Shown here: positions 37,055 through 49,747 of the stretch, piece by piece | Layout of the letters: every line of letters starts with the position of its first letter | Position numbering within the stretch: position 1 is the first letter of the stretch | DNA from: Zygnema circumcarinatum SAG 698-1b | Lineage: Eukaryota > Plantae > Zygnematophyceae | Length of the DNA: 64,000 nt | Assembly: GCA_037447605.1 (NCBI GenBank) | Contig: CM074805.1 | Coordinates: forward strand, 558,001-622,000 | Reading direction: 5' to 3' | The notes under the pieces: model-generated | What the model saw: the letters and a program-made list of their open reading frames with translations, nothing else | Databases searched by the model: none | What the model was told of the DNA's origin: nothing | Made by a program: the position numbers and the translations under genes

Positions 37055-38130
37055 CGGAGGGGAGGGGGGGTGGAGGGGCAGGAGTGGGGGGGGAGTGGCA
37101 GTGGAGGGAAGGGGGAGGGGGAGGGGGAGGGGGAGGGGGAGGGGGAGGGGGAGGGGGAGGGGGGAGGGGGGGAGGGGAGGGGGAGGGGGAGGGGGGAGGG
37201 GGAGGGGAGGGGGAGGGGGAGGGAGGAGGGGGAGGGGGAGGGGGAGGGGGGAGGGGGAGGGGGAGGGGAGGGGGGAGGGGGGAGGGGGAGGGGGAGGGGG
37301 GGAGGGGGAGGGGGAGGGGGAGGGGGGAGGGGAGGGGGGGGAAGGGGGAGGGGGAGGAGGGAGGGGAGGGTGGTGGGGAGAGGTGGAATAGGGGAGTAAG
37401 TGGGGAGGGGGAGGGGGGAGGGGGGAAATAGGGAGGTTGGAGGGGGAAATAGGGAGGGGGAGGGGGAGGGGGAGGGGGAGAGGGGAGGGGGAGGGGGAGT
37501 GGGAAGGGGGAGGGGGAGGGGAGGGGGGAGGGGGGAGGGGTGGGGAGGGGGAGGGGGAGGGAGGAAGGGGGAGGGGGAGGGGGAGAGGGAGGGGGAGGGG
37601 GAGGGGGAGGGGGGAGGGGGAGGGGGAGGGGGAGGGGGAGGGGGAGGGGGGAGGGGGAGGGGGAGGGGGAGGGGGAGGGGGAGGGGGAGGGGGAGGGGGA
37701 GGGGGAGGGGGAGGGGAGGGGGAGGGGGAGGGGGAGGGGGAGGGGGAGGGGGAGGGGGAGGGGGAGGGGGAGGGGGAGGGGGAGGGGAGGGGGAGGGGGA
37801 GGGGGAGGGGGAGGGGGAGGGGGAGGGGGAGGGGGAGGGGGGAGGGGGAAGGGGGGGAGGGGGAAGGGGGAGGAGGGAGGGGAGGGTGGTGGGGTGAGGT
37901 GGAATAGGGGAGTAAGTGGGGAGGGGGAGGGGGGGGAGGGGGAGGAGGGGGAGGGGGAAGGGGGAGGGGGAGGGGGAGGGGGAGGGGGAGAGGGGAGGGG
38001 GAGGGGGAGTGGGAAGGGGGAGGGGGAGGGGGAGTGGGGAGGGGGGGGAGGGGGGAGGGGGAGGGAGGAAGGGGGAGGGGGAAGTGGGGAGGGTGGTGGG
38101 GAGAGGTGGAATAGGGGAGTAAGAGGGGGA
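37055..38130. repeat. About 1.1-kb (GGGGGA)n array with a thrice-repeated spacer GGGTGGTGGGGWGAGGTGGAATAGGGGAGTAAG
   Basis: Direct; spacer at about 37368, 37884 and 38091. Confidence 0.92.
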
Positions 38131-38593
38131 GGTTGTGTTTTGTGTTTTCTCAGGTCGGTTGGAGGGGTTTACATTTTATGTGTAAAGTAAACCCTCGCAG
38201 CCCCTCGAACGCCACAAAGGAACTGTTTGTCCATGCATTGACCACTCGGTTGCAGTTTCTTGAAGCTCGGACCAACCCATGAAACACGTTTCGAGCGAGA
38301 AAAAATATCTCGTGTATATATATACATATTTGTTGCACATTAAGTACACACCATACATGCACTGCTTCGCCACACTGTGCGCCGTCGAACTACCAACGAC
38401 TACCGCAAAGGACCCTTCTGTTGCAGAACGGCCCACATCTCCCATCTGCTACCAACGCGAGCACTCGCTAATCCCACGAACAAAACGCGCTTTACAAAGG
38501 AGCGCTGTGAGTGAGCCCAAGCCCCCGCGCTCGGTCGCTCGAGCGGGCGAGCCCACAACCCTAATCGCGTCGCGTCGCGTCGCGTCGCGTCGC

Positions 38594-41500
38594 CTACTGC
38601 AACAGCGCGAAGCTCTTGACGCTCTCGCCGAGCATGTTCCGCGCGGCGGAGGACGCGAGCTCCGTGGCGCGCTCCGTCCCCTGCACGCGCTCGCGCGCTC
38701 GGACGAAGCGCGCGAAAAGGCAGTCCGCGCGGAGGAGGCCCGAGGAGCGGTAGCTCGCCACGCTGCCGTCCAGAAACCCTTCCGCGTCGTCTCCCGGCAC
38801 CACTTCGGCCCCGAAAACCTCACTGTACTCCAGCTTTTGATTCGCACTGCCACCCGAACGTCATTCTCAGAACAAGTGTCAGTCAAATGTATCTTGTGCA
38901 TAATTGGGCTCTGATCAGAAACAAAGCAAAGCACGGCATGACTCGTTGCAGGTAGGGCGAAAGAATGCGAAAGGAGAGGGGTTTTGCTTGATGTATGTCG
39001 GCACTCACAGTCTATCCTTGTGGTCGGAGCGGAAGGTCTGCCCTAAAACCCCATGCGCATTGTCCGACAAGTCGGCCACCGGCATTTCAAAGTCGAAGTG
39101 CACAACCCCGTCCGTGGGGGTCCTCAACATCGCGATTTCTGGCCGCAATGTGAGCCTCAAACTCAGCACATCCGCGACCTTGATGTGGAACACATCCACA
39201 AAGTCATCGCCGCTGCGCCTCTTCGCCGCGAGCCACTTCACTTCAATGTCGCCATTGGCGCGGACGGCAGAGTCTCCCGCCTGCCCGAGCTCCACATCCT
39301 GACCGTCGATCATGAGGCGGCCCAGATAGCCGCCATCGTACTGCCACCTGGCGCCTTCCCGTGCCGCCAGCAGGATGGTGTGGTGGCCCCAAAGGACGCC
39401 GATTTGGCGGATCCATGTGAGGGCCTTGTGCGGGTTGCTGCCCCACCGCCCGTAACGGCCGCCATAGAACACGTTGATGTGGAGGTGGGCGTCGCTGACG
39501 AGGCAAAAGGCGGTGTTGGGTTCGCCTGCTCGAAGTGCACGCATCCACATCCATCAACTTTGAAGAATTTGCAATTTCTCACAGCTACCTAAATTACCAT
39601 TAAGCAATGTTCAAAGGTTTCATGCTGAACACTGAAAAAGGGCTAGAAACGCAAAAACTGTCAACCTTACATGTTATTACAGATCAAAAAAACCATACCT
39701 GAAAAGTCGAAGCGGGAGCCGTCGGCCCCAGTGTAGTGGGGGTCTCCCACTCCCCCGGGAGAGGGGGCAGACGCGGCGGGGCAGCTCGCGTCCCTTATGG
39801 AGGGGGCGTAGCACGCCTGCACGCCCAGACTGATGTCGGCGGAGGTGGAAGCCAAGTTTGTGAGAGTCACGGCGCTGATCCATGCGTTACCCTGGAGAGT
39901 AGTGATAAGGGGGAGGAAGAGTGAGAGGCAGGGAGACAAATAGGGAAGAGGGAGGAAGAAGGAAGATTGCGTGGGAGGGCAACCAGGAAAGTGGATGGAG
40001 AGAGGAGAGAGAGAGAGGAGGATGAACGAGAGAAAGGCTGGGCAGAGCGAAAACGAGGCGGAAGGGAGTGGGGCAATACAGGTAGAAAGAATGATTAGAA
40101 AAAACAGGAAGGGAGAGAAAGACGGGAGAGTTAAAAGATTGAGAAAGAGAAGGTGGTAGAGAGCAAAACAAGGCAGAAACTAGTCTTCAACGGGTGAGAG
40201 ACACAAAGGAGTAGACGGAGGCCGAAGGAGAAGGAGAAGGAGAAGCAAATGGAGAAAAAGGCGGTCAAAGAGTAAAACAGAATGAGACGCGAAGAGTGAG
40301 TAAGAGCGAGAGAGAGAGAATGAGAGAGAGAGAGAGAGAGAGCTGACCAGCACGCCTCCGGAGCTGCACTGGCCGTTGTTGAGGATGTTGACGGGGCAGA
40401 GCCCGCTGGAGGCCGTCACGTAGCAGCCGTCGATCTGCGCGGTCGCGATCTGACCGCTGAGCGGATTGCCGCCCACGAAGAGCGCGCTCAGGAACTTCGC
40501 GTTCGCGGAAATGAGCGCCGATGTGCCCGTAGCGCCGCTGATGGCGACCTGCGGGCATGCATATGCGCGCATGCATGCATGCATGCATCCCCAAAGGTGA
40601 GGCGGAGAGAGGCAGGGTGAGGGAGGAAGGGAGGCGGCGAAGAATAGGAAGATGGAGAGAATCATCGAAATTCAACATTTATGTTCAAGGAACTGATTAG
40701 CAAAAAAGAAAATTATACTACAATGAATATTCTCCTATTGGAAACATCACTTTATTAGTTTATTCATTGACTTGGGATGATTGTAGAGAATGAGAGGTTT
40801 TGACGTGGTTACCTGGAAGCCTCCGCTGGCAGTGGTGCCCCCCGTGGCCCACACGTACGTGTAGGAGGTCTGCCCGGCCACGACGGAACTGATGCTGCAG
40901 TTGATGCTCACCTGGCACCGCATTAGGGCACACGTGGCACCACGGCGTTAGCCTACAATACTCCAACTCAAGTGGCGGACATCACATTGCAAGAATGAAA
41001 CTAGTGTGGTGAGAGTCAGAGAGAGAGAGAGAGAGAGATAAAGGGGGATGGAGGTGGGGATGAAGAGAAAGAGAGATTGGGGGAAATGGATGGATGAGGA
41101 GAAGCCGTACAGGGGTGAGCGCGTCCAGGAGGTCGAGGGTGCCGCTGAAGGAGCCGTCCCAGCACTTGTCGCAGAACAGCGATCCCACAATGGAGCTGCC
41201 GCTCTGCGCAACGCGCTTACAGAAAGGAAATTAGGACCAAACTGGGGGGTTTCAGGGACTGGAATTATGATACATTCGTTTAAGAAGGTCTAACTGCCAA
41301 AATTGTGATACCACGACAAGCCTTTCCACAAGTTTTCACTTCTAGTGCCGAATTATCATTTGTGCCTTCTGCGAAGCCTTTATCGTACCGCGGTGGGAAG
41401 CAAGGACTGGAGCAACGCAGCGCAGAGCACCCCAACAACCGCCACCCAACTTCTCCCGTTTGCAGCCATTGCTCCGACTCTCGCTCACTCTCCTTCGTCG

Positions 41501-42568
41501 CACTTTCTATCTCTTTCTTTCCCTCCCTCTCCTCTCTCCCTCTCCCTCTCCCTCTCCCCCTCCCTCTCCCTCTCTCTCTCTGTCTCTCTCCCTCCCTCCC
41601 TCCCTCTCCCTCCCTCCCTCCGCCCCCTAGCCGCGGGTCGATTGAAGCAGCAGCAGCAGCAGCAGCCGAGAGCGGTGCCGTTCCCCTCCGCGCCGGCGCC
41701 TTTGTGCGCCCCCGCGCAGCTGTCCCTTTTGTCCGTTTGCGGAGCCGCCGCGGGCGAACAGTTACGACACCACGTGGCGCCGCGCCAGTGGTGCTGTGTC
41801 TCTACGTGGCACATTCGCACGTGCGGCGACGCAGCGGGGGCGGCTCCGCCCGCCGTTTGTCGCTTTGCGCCTCGTTCCGCTGCGCGCTGTTTGGCCGCTA
41901 GCTGTGGGCTCGACCATCCGTGCTTTACGGGAAAGCACGGAGGGGGGAACTGGAACTGTAACGGGACGGACGTCGCATTAAAATTAGGAGAACTATATAC
42001 CCCCTCTCCCCCTTTTTTGGTTATCCCGCCCCTGTTTTTTTGAAATCCTACTCTCCCATTTTGGCTATTCCGTCCCCCCCCCCTCCCATTCTGGCTATCC
42101 CCCCTCATTTTGGATGTTTCGGGAGGAGATTCTGCTCATTCTCTCGCGCTCCTTTGCTCTCTCCTCTAGTCTCTCTCTCCTCTGTTCTCTCTCCTCTGCT
42201 CATTCTCTCTCCTCTGCTCTTCAAGTGAGAGAGAGAGAGAGTCTCACACACTCTCCCTCTCTCTCTCTATCTCTCTTGCTCTCTCTCTCTCCCTCTCTTT
42301 TCTGCTCTGTCCTCTCTTTGCGAATGTGTTTACGGACGTTGCGCTGATGTGTGAGAAGGAGAAAACAAGGGGGGAATGTCCAAAGTAGGGGCCGGGAAAT
42401 CCCAAAATGGGAGGGGGCGGAATAGCCCAAATGGGAGAGTGGGATTTAAAAAAAACAGTGGCGGGATAACCAAAAAGGGGTGGCGGTATATAGTTCTCCA
42501 ATTTCTCCTCGTTAAAGGCGAAGGGAAATGAATTGACACATTGGTCTCACGACGGCGACGATGGCCAT
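38594..42568 (-). CDS. Cell-wall-type protein: Pollen Ole e 1-like N-terminal domain + root cap (LEA-related) domain; N-terminus uncertain
   Basis: Exons IVGSLFCDKCWDGSF (41111-41205), VSINCSI...TTASGGF, VAISG...GCYVTASSGLCP, GVGDPHYTGADGSRFDFSG, EPNTAFCLVSDAHLHIN...TWIRQIGVLWG...HFDFEM...LSDNAHGVLGQTFR, GFLDGSVASYRSSGLLRADCLFARF. Putative hydrophobic first exon ends at 42551. Confidence 0.8.
41987..42499. mobile_element. MITE-like non-autonomous element with about 110-bp imperfect TIRs (Mutator-like TIR length) and CT-rich core
   Basis: Left ggagaactatatac...ttttggttatcccgcccctgttttttt.aaatcctactctcccattttggctattccg; right is its reverse complement ending gtatatagttctcc. A solo copy of the same TIR lies at about 34695-34798 (and 36055-36158). 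No clear TSD. Confidence 0.75.
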
Positions 42569-43179
42569 CAAATGGACACAGACAATGGCCAAATTTAGAA
42601 CCAGTGCGAACCGGTCATAACATGTGACTCCATACAAATCTCAAACAAAGGGAAAAAACGAGTCCGAGTGATGTGGGGCAGACACACCGTGTTTGTTTAA
42701 CCGTTATTGCTCTGTTATAGTTGTTGTCCCCCTCTCTCTCTTTTTCTCTCTCTCTCTCAGTCTCTCTCTCTTTCGCTATCCATACAGCATTCGAGGCCTT
42801 CTGGGTTCCCCAAATTCTTGGAATTCAACAGACCGCCATCGCAAGATCAATGTCATATTCTTCTAATTCATGTCATCATCGGGAACTTCGCTGCCTTGTT
42901 TGCACGGTATTGTAAACACCGTATTATTCCATTTCCCCTTGGCAGATGCGTACTTTACAGAAAAAACAACCTCACCACTTAACAGCTCATCCATACGTTA
43001 TCTGCTCTATATTAATCTAAATATTTACATAACGAACAATACACACTGAGCTTCTCACATACTAAAACTACACGTTTTCGCTAAGTAGGCTCATTTTAGG
43101 GTTTCTAAGGGCTATAGATACCTCCTACCAGAGACCCTCCTTATCCTATCTTTAGCCTTTCTTTCAAGACCCTCGCAGT

Positions 43180-46100
43180 TCACGAGGACTCTTTCAAAGG
43201 GGTCCACAATCGGTGCCTTACAGAGGAGCGTTTCACAGAATCTCCTAACTTTCGGGGACGCCGTGAGTGCCCACAGAGAGTGGGCCTCTCCCGCTGCACA
43301 ATTTGAAGGGTCAATCGCATTGCTTTGAGACTAAATGGCACAAGTAAATGAGAGACCAATGGCAGCTCTATGGCCTCAAAGTAGTGACAGTCTGTCACTG
43401 ATCCCCATCCAAGATTGGATGTATTGTCAATGTCTTCTTGGTTGCCATCCCCAACCCCAAAGACGAAGTCAACTGGAAGCACTCCTTGCTTTAATTCCGA
43501 AAGCACAACTCCAACCTTGGTGTCGAGACCTGATCCATAGAACGAGAATGTGTTGACTGATGGAGCTTTCCTTGGCGTTATGAGCCCATTGAAGAGGGGA
43601 AACAGCTTCGGAGCAAGTGTGAAGTTGGATTCTAGGAAGAGTTCCTGAAATGAGAAGCCACTCAATCATAACTTGAGTTCTAAGTGCAGTTTTAACCCAT
43701 TCAAAGCATCACAATAAAGTGCAAACCATGTCAACTCAGCTCAAACAACTCATCAGCACTGCACGATATGTCACGATATATCACGATATATGATACCTGA
43801 TAGTCTTCAGCTGTGTAGTTTCTTCTCTCAGTACGAACCAAGACCTCACTGGAGCCATAAACTTCCGGCTGTGCCATAGAGAAGTAGATGGACGGCCAAG
43901 ATTCGAACACAGAGGCGGAATCAGGTCGGGGCGTTGAGAAATCAAAGGACGAGAAACCAGTAAAAAGGTACTGCACAAAGCTGCCTTGCCCTGCCCAATT
44001 GCCCGCATACGAGATAAAACCAGCTGCAGCCCTCCACCCAAAAAACCCGAAGTCATGCATCAGATCAACTTCAAATCGCTCAAAAAAACAAAAACAAAAA
44101 AAAAGTGAGTTTGCAGACAGCAAGTAGAGCCACTCTCTCACCAACATATTTGTCGGACCACTCTCGCGACTGCGAGTGAAGGAGGGCGAGGGCCATCGGA
44201 CTTCCATTTGAGTGCGCCAACACATACACTTTTTTCCCTCCACTCTTTTCGTAAGCTGTCTCTACAAGCCCCTTTGAAGCCTCCAGAAACGAGTGGCCAG
44301 GTGTCACATCCACATTGGGCGCCATCCGGTAGTCGTAGCAAGCTACAAATAGTGACTGACCTGCAAAGCAGGGCAAGCCAAAGCTCTCACCCACGTCTTC
44401 AGAAGGTTTGTAAGGTCCTATAAACTCAACACATTTACCGCAAGAAAACCCTCGAATGCAGAAAGAAAGTTTGGAGGATATTTCGAGTACCTGCAGAGTA
44501 GCCTGCAGCCATGAGACGGAGGTAGAGAGGAATGTAGATAGGTGCACACTGCAAAGCTCCAAAGTCTGCCAGTTCGACTGTCACTCCGGGAAGGCTCGAG
44601 AAGCGTTTTTGGGACTCTGGATGGCTCTCATTGTATTGCAGTCGGAGGGACTGCAGGGAAACGAACAGAGGGAATCGAGCAGTCAAAATTTGTTTGTTCT
44701 ATATTCTCAATTTAGCCACCAATAGGACGGGAGAGTGGGAGCCTCTTGCCAGATCTGAGTTATTGAGTAAGTCCCTAAGGTCAGAACACGCAGTGGACAA
44801 GCACCTCAAGCCCCTACAAACACGTGAGATAAGGCCTCCTCACTCATCTCCTTGTAACATTAGTTGCCTAAGCAGGTCGTTTCATTCTCAGCGACTGTCC
44901 GCAACCAGGTTATCAGTTACTTTACACTTCAAGACGTGAAGTCGTTTTAGCAGTCTGCTCCAGATGCTTCTTGAGGAATTGAAAGCGAGCAAACGCTGCG
45001 AACTGCTTGCAGCATTATCTCAAGCCGCGTCTAACATCTCGTCGCCTATTCAGTACGTTTCATAACTCTTAACTGAAGCTCAAATCCGTTCCTTGTCGAA
45101 CCTCCCCTCCCTTAGCCCTAACTGTCGAAACTCATCATCGACAACGGCACCTCGTCGCGAAAGGCTAACTAAAGGTTAAGGTTAACTTGGAGGCCATGCA
45201 CTTCAGTCAGTCGTTGTCTTCAAATCCCCCTCTCACTCCCGGTCACTATCCAGATATATATATTTTTTTTCCGAACCCCTCGGAGATTATCAATAGAGCG
45301 CATTCACCCTCTTCTGACCCTTCTCTATTCCCCTTTAAGCATACCGCTGTCAAAGCTATTCCCTTTCTGAAACAATGCCCGAAACGAAAAGCAACATGTC
45401 CTTTTTGACATCGAGGAAATTAGAACAGAGCTGCTTCAGCCCTAACCTTGCAGCTTTTACAAAATTTGGATCGGTTCGCGCCCCTATTCATGGTATGATG
45501 GTGAGTGTCTGCAGTGAGTGTCTGCAGCGTTGCCAATAAAAAGGAAAGGGGCATGTACACAATTCCTAACAAATAAATTAGAAAATACAACACGTACCTC
45601 TAACGCGCATCTCTCACTGACTTCCCACGGAAACAAGTGGCCCGAATACACCTCAAAACTTGCAGAAGGCGGGCAGATGCTTGAAAACGTTTGATCCCGC
45701 AGCGTGACCTGCCCATAAGCCGCCGATCATGTCAGAGCATGAGAACATGCTGACAGAATTAATGGATAGAATTAATGGATGCTGGTTTCATATCGAAGAT
45801 GAATCCTCTCAAACACCAAACATGAGTTATGCATTATGTATCGAAAAGACATTGGAGAAACTTTCTGGAACATTTCAGGGGAAATGATCTTATGAAGCAG
45901 TTTTGAAAGGGGCCGTGTCCACTTGGAAGTAAGGAGCGAGTGGGAGAAGCGAGAGAGGAGGCGAGTGACGGTCTCACCTTTAAGCGGGAGGTGCTGTAGG
46001 CGGGGAAAAACACCACTGGGTGCTTGACGGGCGGAAAATTCCATGGGAATGAGGGCACGCCATCTCCATGAACCGCGCTGAGAAGCAGAATAAGGGCAAG

Positions 46101-46223
46101 GAGCATGAGAGGGAAGGAGAGGAGCACTGCAACACCAGCGCAGCAGAGGCCCCGGGATCCGACGGACAGCAAGCCTCTGCTCACATAGAGAATTTCGCGG
46201 GATAGCCGCAGAGCTCTGATCAT
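43180..46223 (-). CDS. Lecithin:cholesterol acyltransferase / group XV phospholipase A2-like alpha/beta hydrolase, secreted or signal-anchored, 6 exons
   Basis: Hydrophobic N-terminus; HPVVFFPAYSTSRLK/VTLRDQ...C/...PGVTVELADFG/ACYDYRMAP...KKVYVLAHSNG (nucleophile Ser)...WSDKYV/AGFISYAGNWAG/...YGSGLDT...GDGNQED (Asp)...VSH (His). Confidence 0.88.
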
Positions 46224-48322
46224 GGCCGCTGCCCAGAGAGAGAGGGAGAGAGATGGAGAGGTAGAGGGAGGGGGAGGGAGAGGGTGAGGGAGAGGGACAG
46301 GGAGAAGGCCGCGCTGACCCAGTGTGAAGTAAACAGGACTTTCCTCCATTAATACAAGCTCGTAGTCAAGCATCTCCAATCGCGACGTGCCATGTATGCA
46401 TAAATGATACGTGGCGGGTCGCTATTGGAGGTGGTCAATTTTAGTGCGCGAAGAGAAAAAAAAGTCCCCGGCGAGCCTTCCTTTTCGGACGATGGAGGGC
46501 CAAAAGACGGGCAGGTGGAAAACGTTTTGGTGACCGGTCGAATCTGATTGCCCAGATCTGTATTGCATTGTAAACATATCGCAACATCGCCGGCGTACCG
46601 AAAATGACCGGCAGAAATGTGCCGGTTTTGGCAAACTCGAGTCTCGAGACTGTACATGTAGTTTTGCTGGCCGGCAAAAACTCGGCACTTCGCACGTAAG
46701 GAGCGGCAGCCCGGCGTCGGTTCAAGTTCTGTCGGTCGTAGCCGATACGTCAGCGATGTGACAATATCTCCACTATGGTCCAGAAACGACAAAGATGGCC
46801 GCCCTGTCGACTATCGCTGACGCGCCCGTTAGTACCACCGACAGGTTGATGATGTCTCCTGATTGGTTGTAGCGGATTTGATGATGTCATACGAGTGGAA
46901 TTTAGGTTTTTGCGCTGTCTCTAAGGAGGTCCAAATGGAATTTCTGTAGGCCAGAGAAAAGTCGTAGAGAGGTGTACGGTCAATTTGTCGGTTAGTTTTT
47001 TTCTTCACTAGAAGGATTGCAGTACCGTAAAACCGAACAGATTGAGAAATTGTGAAACGAGTTTAGTTAATCTCTCAATTCTCAATCTTTTGAATAGGGC
47101 TGAACTCTGAACACAGGAGGTTAAAACTTTTTCGATTTAAGAAAGCGAAAGCGAAAGCTTTAAGAAGCGTTTTTAAGAAAAATTTCAGCGACTCAATGTG
47201 TTCGGTGATTCGGTCGCAAGTGTGGATTCCAATTTTTGCCACGCTAGTTCTGTGCGATTCGAGGAATCCGGTTAACCCGGGGGGCCAGTTCTACCGTACG
47301 ACTCTTCCCGCGAGACCGATCAACAATTTCTTTACGAACATCCGAGTCCACTCGCTTTACGATCCGCCAAAATTTCATTGTTGGTTGGTGGACCCAAGGA
47401 AAATCCAAGTTGAACACGAAAGATAATTAATTGTTCAATGATCAATTGGTCCTCCAAAAAAAATCATTGAGAAAAAAATAGGAATTCATTTCTCATCTCA
47501 AAATTAATCGTGGTCACAAATATGGGATTTTTCTTCAAAAAATGGTTTTGAAAGTTTCTTTTTTTTTGTGAAGGCAAAATCTTTAATTTCTTTTTTTCTC
47601 AACCTGTTCGGTTTTACGGTACCAAAAAGGACTCTGTCGTCGTGACAAAAGACAATCTGAAGATACGGTAGGGATAATCGACGGTTAAAGGGATTCGCAG
47701 CCTGATTAGTCGGCATAAAGCGACAAATTTGTGCCGACATGTACCAACAAAAGAGCGGCCAGTCAATCAAATCGACCGTCTGGCATGCGGACAAGGATAG
47801 AAGGGCTTCCGGGCAGGAAAAAAAAACGCAAGTCAAGGTTTGACCGCCTCGGCTGAGATATTTAAGCGCAGACACATGGACAAAGAACAACGTAATACAG
47901 AAAGCTATTGAACTGTCAGTAAAACTGTGTGACACATGGACGTGCGGCATATGGCTAATCGTTCTGCGGTTCAGTAAGCGCCGCCGGCACTTTCGCTTTC
48001 CGCGCGTGACATGAGTCACGCGGAGGCTTAACTTGCGCAACCGCTGCTCCTTTTCAGCTGACAGTGAAAGGGGAGCCATGGATGGCGCCCTGCAACCCTC
48101 TGTGACTGGGACATCCACGTCTAATAAAAATCCATGGCGGAGAACTCGATATAATTAATATTTTTTTCTGAACTTAGAGGAGTAGCTATGGTTGGTGGCC
48201 CATTGGCGGACTTCCAAAACGGTGGCAATGTAAGGGATCTCAACGTTTAAAAACCAATCAGGGTCGTGTAATCAGGGTTCGAGTCTCCTTATAGTTGAGC
48301 CCAAGTAAAAGGCTCATTCAGC

Positions 48323-48994
48323 ATGAGTCTGGAGAATAGCCGGAAACTATTCCCTGGTTTCATGACAAGGGAAGCGCCTCCCTCCCGTCCATGGAAGCAA
48401 CTATACTCTCCCATCCCCAAACACTCGGCCATGGAGTTGATGGACGAAGAAGCTTCGATCGACCCAGTGATGAGCAGACGAATGGCGCGCCGTGTAAGGG
48501 AGAAAGCGGCACAGATTTTGGCAGCCAGAGGCGTAGCACGAGCCAAGGAGTCACTGGGGGAGCTGACGACTGGAAGACTAGGATCGGCCTCACAGCAGGA
48601 GATAAGACTCTACGAAGGTAGAGATCTCTCTGCTACAAAGCCGGCTTCTTCAGCAGCTCCCTCTCGATTGATCGAGAAGATAATGAGGACATTGAAACAA
48701 GATGCAGACTTTTCAAGCGGTACTGAAAAAAGCATTTCGAAGGAGCAATGGAGCGGAAGAGTAGAGGTGCAGATAGAGGACGTGGCAGCACTGGAGGTGG
48801 ACCCCCATGGCGAGCAGCAGCGGTTGAGCCATTTTGATTCGTGCCAAAAAGTTGTCTATGCAACAATCGAAAAGAATAACAAAAGCCTGTTCGAGAAGCG
48901 CGGGCTTCATTCGCCCGACGAGGTGACGATGTTGGTTTCTACGAAGTGTCACTTAAGCTATAACAAAGTTGACATGAATCTGGTCTGCGATTAA
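48323..48994 (+). CDS. Hypothetical 223-aa protein, single ORF, no recognised domain
   Basis: ATG-initiated, normal complexity and charged composition, in an otherwise empty interval; no recognised homology. Confidence 0.4.
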   Translation: MSLENSRKLFPGFMTREAPPSRPWKQLYSPIPKHSAMELMDEEASIDPVMSRRMARRVREKAAQILAARGVARAKESLGELTTGRLGSASQQEIRLYEGRDLSATKPASSAAPSRLIEKIMRTLKQDADFSSGTEKSISKEQWSGRVEVQIEDVAALEVDPHGEQQRLSHFDSCQKVVYATIEKNNKSLFEKRGLHSPDEVTMLVSTKCHLSYNKVDMNLVCD

Positions 48995-49747
48995 ACTTAT
49001 TGGTAATGTTTACTTGTAGATAAATTGCATTTGGCTTTTGTCCAAATTCTCCTTATGAAGGTATAACACCTTTCTCTCGCAATCAAGATTGGATGTGCGG
49101 AAAATGTTAAACAACTTTCCAATTTTCTAGAGGAGATAAGGTATTAGTAAACTTAGGATCAATCACTTCAAACACATAGTTGTTTTTGCGTCGCACGTTG
49201 CAACTTTACTGTGACACCCAGCTGAACCCATTCATGCCTGAAAGGTTTTCACATTCGATTTTTTCAAGCGGCCTTTGGAGGATGTTTTAACCTTTAAGAC
49301 TCCCAAACTTACACCCTTTGTAAAGCAAAGACCGTATACATGAAAAACTTTACGGCAATCGTTTGCAATGCCAATATAAAGTGTCCAGAACACAGATTCC
49401 ACACCTTGTCAAAGGTAAAAAAAAACTGTATCAGATAGCAGCAGGCAGCTACCTATCCACATGCCAAGAATCATTACGAATAAGAGTACAGAGTGAACTG
49501 AACCTACTCCTGCACTGCAGCCATGATTAAGACTTCCGTGCTGCAACAGAGGTTGCAGCTCAAAACAAAGAAGTGTCATGATATAGCAAAGTTACGTAAT
49601 CTACACTGTCAAAATGTGGACACTATCCAAAAAATCGTGAAGCAGACATGATGCATACTTCTTTGAAGCTAATAATTAGCAATCGTCGTCGTCGCCCACC
49701 TCTTCATATGAACACCCTTCTATTTCACTTGTGAACTGCCAATCCCC

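Noticed and set aside
36996-38190. Gly/Arg/Glu-rich ORFs (also 6003-6476, 22272-22604, 23466-24150)
   Set aside because: Translations of simple repeats, open in several frames
46380-47900. Intergenic region with short palindromes and ORFs of 76-204 aa
   Set aside because: No recognisable domains or definable TIR/TSD; probably old repeat debris that cannot be classified by eye
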